A stretch of DNA of 64,000 nucleotides, from NCBI GenBank assembly GCA_963744705.1, contig CAVUUX010000003.1, forward strand, positions 194,706 to 258,705, in the 5' to 3' direction. Of this stretch, positions 48,145 through 57,646 are shown piece by piece. The notes beneath the pieces were generated by a model. That model was given only the letters and a program-made list of their open reading frames with translations, did no database searches and was not told where the DNA came from. How positions within the stretch are numbered: position 1 is the first letter of the stretch; each line of letters opens with the position of its first letter. Both the position numbers and the translations under genes were made by a program. This stretch comes from Ilumatobacteraceae bacterium (GTDB taxonomy: Bacteria > Actinomycetota > Acidimicrobiia > Acidimicrobiales > Ilumatobacteraceae).

Positions 48145-50257
48145 TCACACGGCGCGGAGGTGGAAGAGCACGGCCGACTCGGGGTGCAGCACGGGTGGTC
48201 GCAGACCGTGAACGGCCAGTTGGCGGCCCGACAGCTCGACGCCGTCGGTGAGCCACGCGGGCTGGCTCGCAGCCAGCCCCCATCGCTCACGAGGGAGCGG
48301 CACGTGCTCGGCCCGGTAGGTGCGGTCGGGGTCGAGCCCCGGGAGTCGGAGCGCGGGCGGTGTGAGGCTCGGCGCCGTGGTCAGCTGGGCGAACGACACC
48401 AGGCCCTCCGAACGGTCCGGTGCATACACACCGTGAGCGCAGTACGGCGCCTCGGTGTCGAACCGGACCGTGTCGCCGCCGTGCAGCAACGACCGGAACC
48501 GCTTGTGCAACGCGATCGCCGCCGACAGCGACTCCCGATCGCGGTCGTCGAGCTTCGTGACGTCCCACTCCACGCCGAGGTGGCCGAACAGCGCCGTCGC
48601 CGCCCGGAAGGCCAGCGTGTGGACGCGGCCAGTGGTGTGTGACCGGCTCGGGCCGATGTGGGCGCCCATCACCTCCGGCGGGATCAGCATCGACGCGCCG
48701 CGTTGGATGGTCTGGCGTTCGAGGGCGTCGTTGCAGTCGCTCGTCCACACCCGTTCGGCGCGCCGGAGGATCTCGAGGTCGATCCGTCCGCCGCCGCTCG
48801 CACACGACTCGAACTCGACCGTCGGGTGCCGCGAGCCGCAGCTCGTCGAGCAGTCGGTACAGCGCGAGGGTCTGGGCGTGTGTTCCCGCCGCACCGTCGG
48901 CACCCGATCCCTGCACGTGGTCACGGTTCATGTCCCACTTCACGTACGAGATGTCGTGATCGCCGAGCAGCGCGTCGAGCAGGCCGAGCACGTGGGCGAA
49001 CGCGTCGGGCCGAGCGAGGTCGAGCACCAACTGATTGCGACCGAGCACCGGCTCGTACCCGTCGGTGATCAGCGCCCATTCGGGATGGGCCCGCATCAGC
49101 TCGCTGTCGGGGTTGACCATCTCCGGCTCGACCCAGATGCCGAACTCCATCCCGAGCCCGGTCACGTGATCGACGAGTGGCGTCAAGCCGTCGGGGTACA
49201 CCTCGGGCGACACCCACCAGTCGCCGAGCCCCGACGTGTCGTCGCGTCGCGACCCGAACCATCCGTCGTCGAGGACGAACCGCTCGATGCCGACGGATGC
49301 GGCGACGTCGGCCAGCTCACACAGCCGGTCGGTGTCGTGATCGAAGTAGACGGCCTCCCACGTGTTCAGCAGGACCGGCCGCGGGGTGGTCGGATGCGCC
49401 GGGCTCGACCGCGCGAACCGATGGAACCCCCAGGTGGCCGGCGTGAGGCCGCTGTCGGAGTACACCGCGACCACGAGGGGCGTGGAGTACGACTCGCCCG
49501 CTTCGAGCACGATCTCGCCCGGGTGCAGCAACTCGCCGGTCTGCACGTAGCGCCGGCCGTCGGCGAGGCGTTCGGCCAACATCGTGTGATTGGCGCTCCA
49601 CGCCAGGTGGACGCCCCAGACCTCACCGCTCCATTCGCCGAAGCCGTGGGAGCCGGCGAAGACCAGCGGCACACGCTCGTGCGACGTGCGCCCCCGCTGG
49701 TTCTCGGACAGCACCGAACCCTCCGCCAGCGCGAACCGAACCGGCTGGAACTCGCGCGCCCAGCGACCCTCGAAGCGCAGGATCTCGCCGGCGTGCGACG
49801 GCACCGGGAGCGTGATCGTCAGAGCGTCGAGCGAGTACCGGCGGTCGCCCGTGTTGGTGAGCGTCGCCTTCACCGTCAGCGCATCGCCGACATCGATCGT
49901 GGTCAGCAGGGCGAGTTCCGCTCGCTCGTCGACCGACTCGACGATCAACGCCTGGCCGTCACGGCGATGCGAGACGGCTTCGAAGCGCGGCGCCCATGCA
50001 CGGCCACCAGCTCGTCGCCCCATGAGCCCTGGTCGCCCGGGGAAGCCGTCGGCGTGCAGCGGCACGATGCCGACGGGCGCCACGTGGGCCATCGCGCCGG
50101 CCACACTCGGACGACCGAGCGCCCCGGCCAGTGCCGCGAGATCGGCGACGGCCCCCAGCGGAGCACCCCAGTGGACCACCGTCGGAACGCCGGTGGCCAC
50201 ATCGACCACGACATCGAACGACTGGCCGGCCAACGCAACGAGATCGGACACCCGCAC
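48145..50257 (-). pseudogene. Alpha-galactosidase (GH36); one frame break
   Basis: ORF 48287..50257 reads ...LLNTWEAVYFDHDTDRL...GIERFVLDDGWFGSRRDD...GMEFGIWVEPEMVNPDS...YVKWDMNRD. A break near 48850 leads into ORF 48145..48924, which reads ESCASGGGRIDLEIL...VWTSDCNDALERQ. Confidence 0.88.
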
Positions 50258-50352
50258 AGTTCAGCAGGTGTGGCAATGCCTGCCACCAACGGCCAAGATG
50301 TGGACGTTGCACAGGTTGCGACGCACACGCACCGAGGTCGCAGGAGGATTCG

Positions 50353-51426
50353 TTGGCCACCGTCACTTTCCAAGGAGCGAGCCGGCTGTACCCGGGAGCG
50401 GATGCGCCTGCGGTCGATCACCTCGACCTCGAGATCGGCGACGGCGAGTTCCTGGTCCTCGTCGGCCCGTCGGGTTGCGGCAAGTCGACGACACTGAGAA
50501 TGCTCGCCGGCCTGGAGCCGATCGACGAGGGACGCGTGTTCATCGGCGACCGCGACGTCACGTTCGTGGCGCCGAAGGACCGCGACATCGCCATGGTCTT
50601 CCAGTCGTATGCGCTCTACCCGCACATGACGGTTGCCGAGAACATCGGCTTCCACCTGAAGGTCAAGAAGATGCGCAAGAAGGAACGAGCGGCCAGGGTC
50701 CGCGAGGCGGCCCGCATCCTCGATCTCGAGGAACTCCTCGATCGCAAGCCGGCGAATCTGTCGGGGGGCCAGCGCCAGCGAGTGGCGATGGGGCGTGCGA
50801 TCGTTCGGGAGCCACACGTGTTCCTCATGGACGAGCCGCTCTCCAACCTCGACGCGAAGCTCCGCGTGCAGACGCGTACCCAGATCGCAGCGTTGCAGCG
50901 CGAGCTCGGCGTCACGACCGTGTACGTCACCCACGACCAGATCGAAGCGATGACCATGGGTGATCGTGTGGCGGTCATGCTCGACGGCGTCCTGCAGCAG
51001 TGCGCGACGCCGCGAGAGCTGTTCACCGACCCGATCAACGCCTTCGTCGCCGGCTTCATCGGATCGCCGGCGATGAACCTGCTGACCGCCACCACCACCG
51101 AGCAGGGCGCCACCTACGGATCACTCACGGTGCCGCTGTCACCCGCCCAGCGCAACGCCCTCACGTCGGCGGCCGTGACGATCGGTGTCCGGCCGAACGA
51201 CCTCGACATCAGCACCGGCGGCGGGGTCGATGCGACCGTCGAGTTCGTGGAGGAGCTGGGATCCGAGGCCTTCCTGTACTGCACCACGACGGACAGCGGG
51301 CAGGAGGTCGTCGCCCGGACCGACGGGCTCAGCACTCTGCGCGCCGGCGATCGGGTGAGCCTGGTGCCGAAGCCCGCCGGCGTTCACCTGTTCGATGCCG
51401 AGACCGGCGCCCGACTCGTCGCCTGA
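50353..51426 (+). CDS. Sugar ABC transporter ATP-binding protein (MsiK/UgpC/MalK type)
   Basis: A TTG start at 50353 lies 4 nt after AGGAGGA. The sequence reads LVGPSGCGKSTTLRMLAG, LSGGQRQRVAMGRA and FLMDEPLSNLDA, followed by a C-terminal TOBE-like domain. Intact. Confidence 0.88.
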   Translation: MATVTFQGASRLYPGADAPAVDHLDLEIGDGEFLVLVGPSGCGKSTTLRMLAGLEPIDEGRVFIGDRDVTFVAPKDRDIAMVFQSYALYPHMTVAENIGFHLKVKKMRKKERAARVREAARILDLEELLDRKPANLSGGQRQRVAMGRAIVREPHVFLMDEPLSNLDAKLRVQTRTQIAALQRELGVTTVYVTHDQIEAMTMGDRVAVMLDGVLQQCATPRELFTDPINAFVAGFIGSPAMNLLTATTTEQGATYGSLTVPLSPAQRNALTSAAVTIGVRPNDLDISTGGGVDATVEFVEELGSEAFLYCTTTDSGQEVVARTDGLSTLRAGDRVSLVPKPAGVHLFDAETGARLVA

Positions 51427-51429
51427 GCG

Positions 51430-52410
51430 TCAGCGCACGTCGGTGGGATCGGGCGCAGCGTCGTCGCCGTCGGCCGAGTCGAGTTCGTCGCTGTCGGCCG
51501 AGTCGAGTTCGTCGCTGTCGGCCGAGTCGAGTTCGTCGCTGTCGGCCGAGTCGGGTTCGGGCACCGTCGACAGATCGACGAGATCGTCGTGCCGGCCGAC
51601 CGGTTGCCCGATCACCGGTTCCGGAATCGGATGGCGCCGCATCCATGCGAGCACGATGCCACTGACCACGACCGTGACGAGCGCGACCCACTCGTTGACC
51701 CGGAGGCCACCGATTCGGTGGGCGGCGTCGATCCGTATGCCCTCGACCCAGAACCGTCCGAGGCCGTAACCCATGAGGTACATCACGAACAACTGGCCCG
51801 GCGCCGGGCGCCAACGCTTGTCGATCCACAACAGCACCACGCACAGCCCGAGACTCCACAGCAACTCGTAGAGGAACGTCGGGTGGAACAGGGTGCCGAG
51901 GGCGTAGCCGTCCTGGAGGTGCGCCGCGTCGATCTCGAGCCCCCACGGCAGGGTGGTGGGGCGTCCGTACAGCTCCTGGTTGAAGTAGTTGCCCCACCGT
52001 CCGATCGCCTGCGCCAGCGGAATGGCGGGAGCGGCGCAGGTCGCAGCGACGGCAATCGGAATGCCACGTTTCCTGGCGAGGTACATCCCGACGGGAACGC
52101 CGAAGAGCAGGCCTCCCGGGATGCCGAGGCCACCGTTCCAGATCGCCGGGATCTCGCCCCAGTTGTTGCGGAAGCGGTCGTAGTCGGTGACGACGTGGTA
52201 GAGCCGGGCTCCGATGACGCCGGCCAGCACGGCCCAGATGGCGATGGCGCTCGCATCGTCCTTCGTGCCGACCTCGCGTTCCTCGAGGCGCTTGCCGAAC
52301 AGCCAGACGGCCGCGATCACGCCGAGCGCGATCATCAGCCCGTACAGGTTGAGGCTGAGTGGGCCGATGTCGATCGAGTTGAACGATGGGCTCGGAAGGC
52401 TGGCGAGCAT
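51430..52410 (-). CDS. lgt: Prolipoprotein diacylglyceryl transferase with acidic repeat tail
   Basis: ATG 52410 gives MLASLPSPSFNSIDIGPLSLNLYGLMIALG...ARLYHVV...IWNGGLGIPGG...IGRWGNYFNQELYGRPT..LPWGLEI...HPTFLYE...GYGLGRFWVEGIR.D. The tail reads PEPDSADSDELDSADSDELDSADSDELDSADGDD. Confidence 0.9.
   Translation of the reverse strand: MLASLPSPSFNSIDIGPLSLNLYGLMIALGVIAAVWLFGKRLEEREVGTKDDASAIAIWAVLAGVIGARLYHVVTDYDRFRNNWGEIPAIWNGGLGIPGGLLFGVPVGMYLARKRGIPIAVAATCAAPAIPLAQAIGRWGNYFNQELYGRPTTLPWGLEIDAAHLQDGYALGTLFHPTFLYELLWSLGLCVVLLWIDKRWRPAPGQLFVMYLMGYGLGRFWVEGIRIDAAHRIGGLRVNEWVALVTVVVSGIVLAWMRRHPIPEPVIGQPVGRHDDLVDLSTVPEPDSADSDELDSADSDELDSADSDELDSADGDDAAPDPTDVR
51469..51553. repeat. 24-nt tandem repeat, about 3.5 copies (GTCGGCCGAGTCGAGTTCGTCGCT), in frame within the lgt 3' end
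   Basis: Perfect copies lie at 51469-51492, 51493-51516 and 51517-51540, with a partial copy to 51553. The repeat encodes (DSADSDEL)n on the reverse strand. Confidence 0.9.
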
Positions 52411-53178
52411 GATCAGCCCGCCGATGACGCGAGCGACGAACTCGCCCGCGAGCCGGTTGATGTCGTCGGCGTCGTAGTCGAGCGTGGCGACGTGGTAGCT
52501 GCGTTCGAGCCACACGTGCTCGACGTCACCACCGTAGGTTCCCGCGAGGTGTTCGCTGTTGGCCGGCTCCACGGTGTGGTCCTGGCGCGACGTGATCAAC
52601 AGCAGCGGCATGGTGAGTTCGCCGTAGCGGTCCGCGAGGGTCGCCATTCCGTCGTTCATCAACGACAGCACGGCTCGCAGCGGCGTGCCGTCGTATCCGT
52701 TCTCCTCGGCGTCGGGGTCGGCGATGTCGCCGCTGAGCGCCGGCGCGATCTCGGTTCCGTCGGCCACCATCTCGGCGATCATCTCGACCACCTCCGGCGC
52801 CGGCGGCATCGTGGCCGGGTTGATGCACACGAGGCCGACGACGTCGCCCAGCTCCAACCCCGACCAGAGCGTCAGCGCTCCACCCATGCTCAACCCCATC
52901 ACGACGATGCGATCGGTTCGTTCGGCCAGGCGACCGTGCGCCGCTGCGACCTCCGCGGTCCAATCGGCCCACGTGGTGTCGAGCATGTCGTCGATCGTGG
53001 TGCCGTGGCCCGGCAGGAGCGGCATCTCGACGGAGTGTCCTGCCGCCACCATCGTGTCGGCGAGACCGCGCATGGAGATCGGGTTGCCGGTGAACCCGTG
53101 CAGCACGAGGACTCCGACCTCGGTCGTGCCGACGTGCGACATCGGTTCGGCTCCGGGCAGGACTCGTGGCGTCGTCAT
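52411..53178 (-). CDS. Alpha/beta-hydrolase (carboxylesterase / monoacylglycerol-lipase type), read in frame with lgt in this assembly
   Basis: ATG 53178 gives MTTPRVLPGAEPMSHVGTTEVGVLVLHGFTGNPISMRGLA...VVMGLSMGGALTL...SRQDHTV...SYHVATLD. There is no stop before the lgt ATG. A TGA lies in the +1 frame 2 nt before that ATG (TGATCATG), so the fusion may be an indel artefact. Confidence 0.75.
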
Positions 53179-53271
53179 CGACCACGTTTCTACTCGCTCG
53201 GCGCGCCAACCGGAACCCATCCCCGTCCGATGTCTCGATTCGCACAGGACGTGTGCGAGACATCGGCGACG

Positions 53272-53583
53272 TCAGCGGTAGGGGTCGTCGGGGCCGAGCG
53301 GCTCGTCCCACCAGTCGGCGGGGATGGTGGTGGCCTGCCAGTCGGGGTCGGGGTAGATGCAGTCGACGGGGCACGCGGGCAGGCACTTGTCGCAGCCGCT
53401 GCACAGCTGGGGGATGATGATCACATCGGCGCCGTGGTTGAAGATCGCACCGAAATGCGGCGGGCAGTGCCGCAGGCAGGCATCGCAGTTGATGCACTCG
53501 GACATCTCGATGCGCAGCGGGACGTTCTGCCACTTGTCGTTGCGGGTACGCAGCGCGATGCGCTCGTCACGGGTGCCGGCCAT
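53272..53583 (-). CDS. 4Fe-4S dicluster ferredoxin (YfhL-like)
   Basis: ATG 53583 gives MAGTRDERIALRTRNDKWQNVPLRIEMSECINCDACLRHCPPHFGAIFNHGADVIIIPQLCSGCDKCLPACPVDCIYPDPDW. Intact. Confidence 0.82.
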   Translation of the reverse strand: MAGTRDERIALRTRNDKWQNVPLRIEMSECINCDACLRHCPPHFGAIFNHGADVIIIPQLCSGCDKCLPACPVDCIYPDPDWQATTIPADWWDEPLGPDDPYR

Positions 53584-53616
53584 CGACGCCGATGGTAACC
53601 CGGTCCGTCGGCTCCG

Positions 53617-53636
53617 TCTTGACCCGCGGGTCAAGA
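53617..53636. promoter_or_regulatory. Perfect 20-bp palindrome TCTTGACCCGCGGGTCAAGA, candidate TetR operator
   Basis: It lies in the divergent region between the ferredoxin (start 53583) and the TetR gene (preferred start 53655). Confidence 0.55.
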
Positions 53637-53654
53637 TCGGTTGGACTGTCGCCC

Positions 53655-54320
53655 GTGACCAACGCCGGTGCCGACTCCCTCGACGCCCTCCGCGAACTCG
53701 ACGTCGCACTCGACGACGCCGCGCCGAGCGAGGAACGCCAACACACCGAGCACGGTCTCGAACGCAAGCAGCAGCTGCTCGATGCCGCCGCCGAACTGTT
53801 CGCCGACCGTGGTTACGCAGCGACGCGCATCGTCGACATCTGCGCGGCGGCCGGCGTCGCCAAGGGTCTCTTCTACTGGTACTTCCCGACGAAGGGGGCG
53901 CTGTTCGCCGAGCTCGTCCGAACCATGCGCCTCCGCTTGCGGCGCGCCCAGGGCGCCGTGCTCGACCCGACGGCCGACGCGGTCACGAGGATCGCCAACG
54001 GCGCCGAAGCGAGCGTGCGATTCATGGCCGATCATGCCGCGTACTTCGCGTTGCTGGACGTGGAACGGACCGATCCCGATGTCGCCGACGTGCTCGACGA
54101 AGGCGCCGGCGTGTACCTCGACGACGTGCGACGCCTCGTGGAGGAGGGCCAACGTGCGGGCGACATCGCAGATGCGCCGTCGAGCCTCGTCGCGGTCGGC
54201 GTACTCGGCGCGGTGTCGTCGTTCTCCAACTCCTATCGCAACGGGCGCCTCGGCGACGACGTCACCGTCGACGACCTCGCCGTGTTCGTCCGACGCTGGG
54301 TCGCCAGCGCCCTCACCTGA
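53655..54320 (+). CDS. TetR-family transcriptional regulator
   Basis: RKQQLLDAAAELFADRGYAATRIVDICAAAGVAKGLFYWYFPTKGALF is the TetR HTH. GTG 53655 is preferred over ATG 53592, which would leave only 8 nt to the divergent gene and bury the palindrome in coding sequence. Confidence 0.82.
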   Translation: MTNAGADSLDALRELDVALDDAAPSEERQHTEHGLERKQQLLDAAAELFADRGYAATRIVDICAAAGVAKGLFYWYFPTKGALFAELVRTMRLRLRRAQGAVLDPTADAVTRIANGAEASVRFMADHAAYFALLDVERTDPDVADVLDEGAGVYLDDVRRLVEEGQRAGDIADAPSSLVAVGVLGAVSSFSNSYRNGRLGDDVTVDDLAVFVRRWVASALT

Positions 54321-54355
54321 AACGCTGGGGTCTGACCCCAGCGTTTCAGGTGAGG
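54311..54355. terminator. Perfect 20-bp-stem palindrome CCTCACCTGAAACGCTGGGG-TCTGA-CCCCAGCGTTTCAGGTGAGG
   Basis: It lies between the convergent TetR and HD-GYP genes. The stop codons of both genes (TGA 54318-54320; reverse-strand TGA at 54348-54346) lie inside the arms. Confidence 0.75.
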
Positions 54356-56088
54356 TCGTCGGCCAGTTCAGGGTGGCGGGCGATCATCACCTTGACGAAC
54401 GCGTCGACGAGATCGGGTTGGAACTGCGAGCCCGAGCCCGACATGACGAACCGCACCGACTCGGCGAGATTCCACTCACGCTTGTAGACCCGACGCGTCG
54501 CCAGTGAGTCGAACACGTCGGCAATCGCGACGATGCGGCCCGACAGCGGGATCGCCTGCCCGTTGAGCCCGTTGGGATAGCCCGACCCGTCCCACCACTC
54601 GTGGTGTGACCACGCGGCCTCGGCGGCCAGCGCGAAGAGTTCGGTGGACACCCCGGAGAGGAGCCGTCGGCCGAGCACGGTGTGCTGCTTGACCTCGTGG
54701 TACTCCTCGACCGTGAGCGGGCCCGGCTTGAGCAGCACCGTGTCGGACACGGCCACCTTGCCGATGTCGTGCAGGCGCGCTGCGAGCCGCAACCGCTCGC
54801 ACCATTCGGGTTGCCGGCCGATCGCATGGCCGATCTCGGCCGCGAGATCACCGACGGCACTCGTGTGTTTGGTGGTGTTGCCACCCCGGAACTCGGCCAG
54901 CGCTGCGACCCGTTCGAACGCCTCGAGATGGTAGGCGTCGACATCGGCATGATTCGCCGCGTAGTCGGCGACCAGCCCACTGGTCTTCAGACGTGTGATC
55001 TCCGCGAGTTGGCGGGCGGTCTCGTTGTCGTGAGCGACCTGGACGGTGCGCAGCCGCAGGTCCGCCGCATCGTTGAAGATCTCACGATGCAGGGCGAAGT
55101 GGCGCTCACGGTGTTCGAGCGCCTCGGCGTGGCGACCGGCCTGTTTGTAGGCGATCGCCAGGAGATCGTGCACCTCGAGTTCCAGTTCGCGATGGTCGGT
55201 GCGGTCGGCGAGATCGAGGGCGGCGAGCAACGTGGCGATCGCCGTGTCGAGCTGGCCGCCCCGCACGGCGACTCGCCCTTCCGACACCAAGACACCGAGT
55301 TGTTCGACGGGACCGAGGTAGTTGCCCTCGATCGCTCGTCGGTCCCAGTTCTCGCGGGCCTCGGCGAAGCAGGCAGCTGCGCCGTCGTGATCGGCCAGAC
55401 CGACATGCGCCTCGGCGAGGTCGGCGAGGAGGCTCCCCACGAGCTGTGGCGCATGGACCCGCGCCAACTCGACGGCGCGCCGCCCGAGGGTGACCGCCTC
55501 GAGGTGTTGGCCGCGACGTCCGCGGATGCGGGCGAGGTTGCCGAGGACCATGGCGTCGACGTCGGGCCGGTTCAGCGGTTCGTTGACCGCGAGCGCCTTC
55601 TCGTACGTGCTGATCGCTCGGGTGTAGTCGGCCATCGACTGGTAGATCGCGGCGATCGAGTGGAGGATGCGGCCCTCGTCGACGGCGTGATCGGTCGCCC
55701 GATAGATCTGCAGGGCCCGCAGACAGTGATCGAGCGCGTCGGAGTGATTGCTCGCCTGGTAGTAGACGACGCCGATCAGATGGAGCGACCACGCCAGCGT
55801 GAGACTGACCTCGTTGGGTTCGGAGAGCTCGACCGCTTCCGACGCGAGCGCGAACGCGTACTCGGTGCGACCCCGCTGGTGCGCGATGGCTGCGAGCTGA
55901 TAGAGGGCCTCGGCTTCGCTCTCACGCAGGTCGTGGGCACGAGACAGGACACGTGCGTCGAGCGCGAGTTGCCGAGCCCGGTCGGCGTCGACGGCCCGAC
56001 ACGAGGCCGACTCGTCCAGCAGCACACGAACCTGCTGCTGTTCGATCGTCAGTTCCGTCGTCGTGGTTTTCCGCACAGTCGTCCTCAC
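54346..56088 (-). CDS. TPR-repeat / HD-GYP domain protein (putative cyclic-di-GMP phosphodiesterase-type signalling protein)
   Basis: Intact 580 aa. The N-terminal two-thirds consist of TPR-like repeats (AIAYKQAGRHAEALEH...). The C-terminus reads HTSAVGDLAAEI...AARLHDIGKVAV...HHEWWDGSGYPNGL...IVAIADVFDSL (HD-GYP). Confidence 0.85.
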   Translation of the reverse strand: MRTTVRKTTTTELTIEQQQVRVLLDESASCRAVDADRARQLALDARVLSRAHDLRESEAEALYQLAAIAHQRGRTEYAFALASEAVELSEPNEVSLTLAWSLHLIGVVYYQASNHSDALDHCLRALQIYRATDHAVDEGRILHSIAAIYQSMADYTRAISTYEKALAVNEPLNRPDVDAMVLGNLARIRGRRGQHLEAVTLGRRAVELARVHAPQLVGSLLADLAEAHVGLADHDGAAACFAEARENWDRRAIEGNYLGPVEQLGVLVSEGRVAVRGGQLDTAIATLLAALDLADRTDHRELELEVHDLLAIAYKQAGRHAEALEHRERHFALHREIFNDAADLRLRTVQVAHDNETARQLAEITRLKTSGLVADYAANHADVDAYHLEAFERVAALAEFRGGNTTKHTSAVGDLAAEIGHAIGRQPEWCERLRLAARLHDIGKVAVSDTVLLKPGPLTVEEYHEVKQHTVLGRRLLSGVSTELFALAAEAAWSHHEWWDGSGYPNGLNGQAIPLSGRIVAIADVFDSLATRRVYKREWNLAESVRFVMSGSGSQFQPDLVDAFVKVMIARHPELADDLT

Positions 56089-56211
56089 TCACGCGCTCAC
56101 CGAGACCCAAGTTCATGTCTGCGCGGCTGACAGTAACCCCCTGTGCAGGCGCCGGACGAGGAAAAACGCCGATCTTGAACAAGACCAGACCGCGAGCGAG
56201 CGTCGACCACG

Positions 56212-57126
56212 GTGCGTATTCTGGCCACCGCTATGCGAGCAAACCGAGGCGCCCGACGCGTCGACCGCGGCGCGGTCTGGGCGTTCGCGCCCGTCGTTGC
56301 CATGATGCCCTTCAGCCTGCTCGCGCTCTTCGTGATCTGGCTCCCGATCGGCTGGGCGACAGCGTTGTCGTACGGGTGGTTCGTCCTGGCTTTCCTGCTG
56401 GCCGGGCTCGGGCTGTTCGTGCGCCCGATCCAGGTGCTGGTACTCACGCCGCTGCTCGGCGCCCGCCGGCCGACACCCGCAGAAGCCGCGATCATCGAGC
56501 CACTGTGGGCACGGATCGCGCAGGCCAACGACCTTCCCCCCAGTCGGTTCGTCGTGCGCGTCCTCCCGTCGGACGAACTGAATGCGTTCGCCTGCGGCGG
56601 ACATCTCGTGGTCGTGACGACCTATGCCGTCGACGAGCTGTCACAGGGGCAGTTGCGCGGCGTGCTCGCCCACGAGTTGAGCCACCATCTCGGGCTGCAC
56701 ACCGTGGCGATCACCATCGGGCACTGGCTGTCGGCACCGGTGGTGCTCCTCGCACGCATCGGGTTCTTCCTCGAGAACGTCGCCCACGCCGCTGCCGGGA
56801 GTTTCGGACGCGACTCACCGATGATCTCGGCGGTCGGCAACGTCGTGGCGTTCGTCGTCAACGGGATCTCGTGGATCTTCACCGCCGCACTGCGCGGGAG
56901 CGACGCCCTCGCGAACCTCGTCGGGCACTCCTCGGAGTACGAAGCGGATCGACGCGCCGTTCGCATGGGGTTCGGGCGTGAGCTCGCGAGCGCACTGCGC
57001 CAACTCCTCGCGGGAGGGTCGGGCGGCCGACCGATCGGCTGGCGGGCCCGGCTCGGCGCATCACATCCTCCGGCACGAACCCGCGTGGCCCGCATCGAAG
57101 CGCTGATGCGCCATCCGTCACGTTGA
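56212..57126 (+). CDS. M48-family zinc metallopeptidase (HtpX-like), membrane-bound
   Basis: N-terminal TM segments are followed by LNAFACGG...LRGVLAHELSHHLGLH (HExxH) and SEYEADRRAV. Intact. ATG 56233 is an alternative start. Confidence 0.82.
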   Translation: MRILATAMRANRGARRVDRGAVWAFAPVVAMMPFSLLALFVIWLPIGWATALSYGWFVLAFLLAGLGLFVRPIQVLVLTPLLGARRPTPAEAAIIEPLWARIAQANDLPPSRFVVRVLPSDELNAFACGGHLVVVTTYAVDELSQGQLRGVLAHELSHHLGLHTVAITIGHWLSAPVVLLARIGFFLENVAHAAAGSFGRDSPMISAVGNVVAFVVNGISWIFTAALRGSDALANLVGHSSEYEADRRAVRMGFGRELASALRQLLAGGSGGRPIGWRARLGASHPPARTRVARIEALMRHPSR

Positions 57127-57139
57127 CGCAGGTGTCGAC

Positions 57140-57610
57140 TCAGGCGGTGATCGGGGCGACGACGGCGTCGAGGACGTCCACCAGGTCGCTCGGAGCGAGG
57201 CCGATGTCCAGTCCGCGTCTGCCGCCGCTCACGTAGACCACGTCGAAGAGTTCGGCCGACTCGTCGACCACGGTGCGCAACGGTTTGCGCTGGCCGATCG
57301 GGCTGATCCCACCGACGATGTAGCCCGACGAGCGTTCGGCGCGCGCCGGTTCGCACATCACCGCCCGCTTCGCTCCGACCGCGGCGGCGACACGCTTCAT
57401 CGACAGCTGGCAACTGACCGGCACGACCGCGACGATCAACTCGTCGTCGGCGACGACCACCAACGTCTTGAACACCTGATCGTGGTCGAGACCGAGTTGT
57501 TCGGCCGCCTCTCGCCCGAAGTCGCGCAGATCCTCGCCGCGTTCGTATTCGTGGATCGTGTAGGGGATCCCGGCGGCATCGAGGGCCACGACTGCAGGCG
57601 TCACGGCCAC
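57140..57610 (-). CDS. ybaK: Cys-tRNA(Pro)/Cys-tRNA(Cys) deacylase YbaK
   Basis: Intact 156 aa. It reads VFKTLVV...VAVVPVSCQLSMKRVA...TGYIVGGISPIGQRK-type motif (SGYIVGGISPIGQRKPL). Confidence 0.82.
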   Translation of the reverse strand: MAVTPAVVALDAAGIPYTIHEYERGEDLRDFGREAAEQLGLDHDQVFKTLVVVADDELIVAVVPVSCQLSMKRVAAAVGAKRAVMCEPARAERSSGYIVGGISPIGQRKPLRTVVDESAELFDVVYVSGGRRGLDIGLAPSDLVDVLDAVVAPITA

Positions 57611-57646
57611 GACTGTAGGACTCCTCCGCGCTTGTAAGGTCGGCGC

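Noticed and set aside
50258-50352. msiK-motif RNA upstream of the MsiK-like ATPase
   Set aside because: The leader contains a hairpin (GTGGCA-ATGCC-TGCCAC) and a strong RBS, but I cannot recall the motif consensus well enough to call it. A covariance-model search is needed.
51469-51553. 24-nt tandem repeat as a possible CRISPR array
   Set aside because: The repeats are directly adjacent with no spacers, lie in frame inside lgt, and no cas genes are present.
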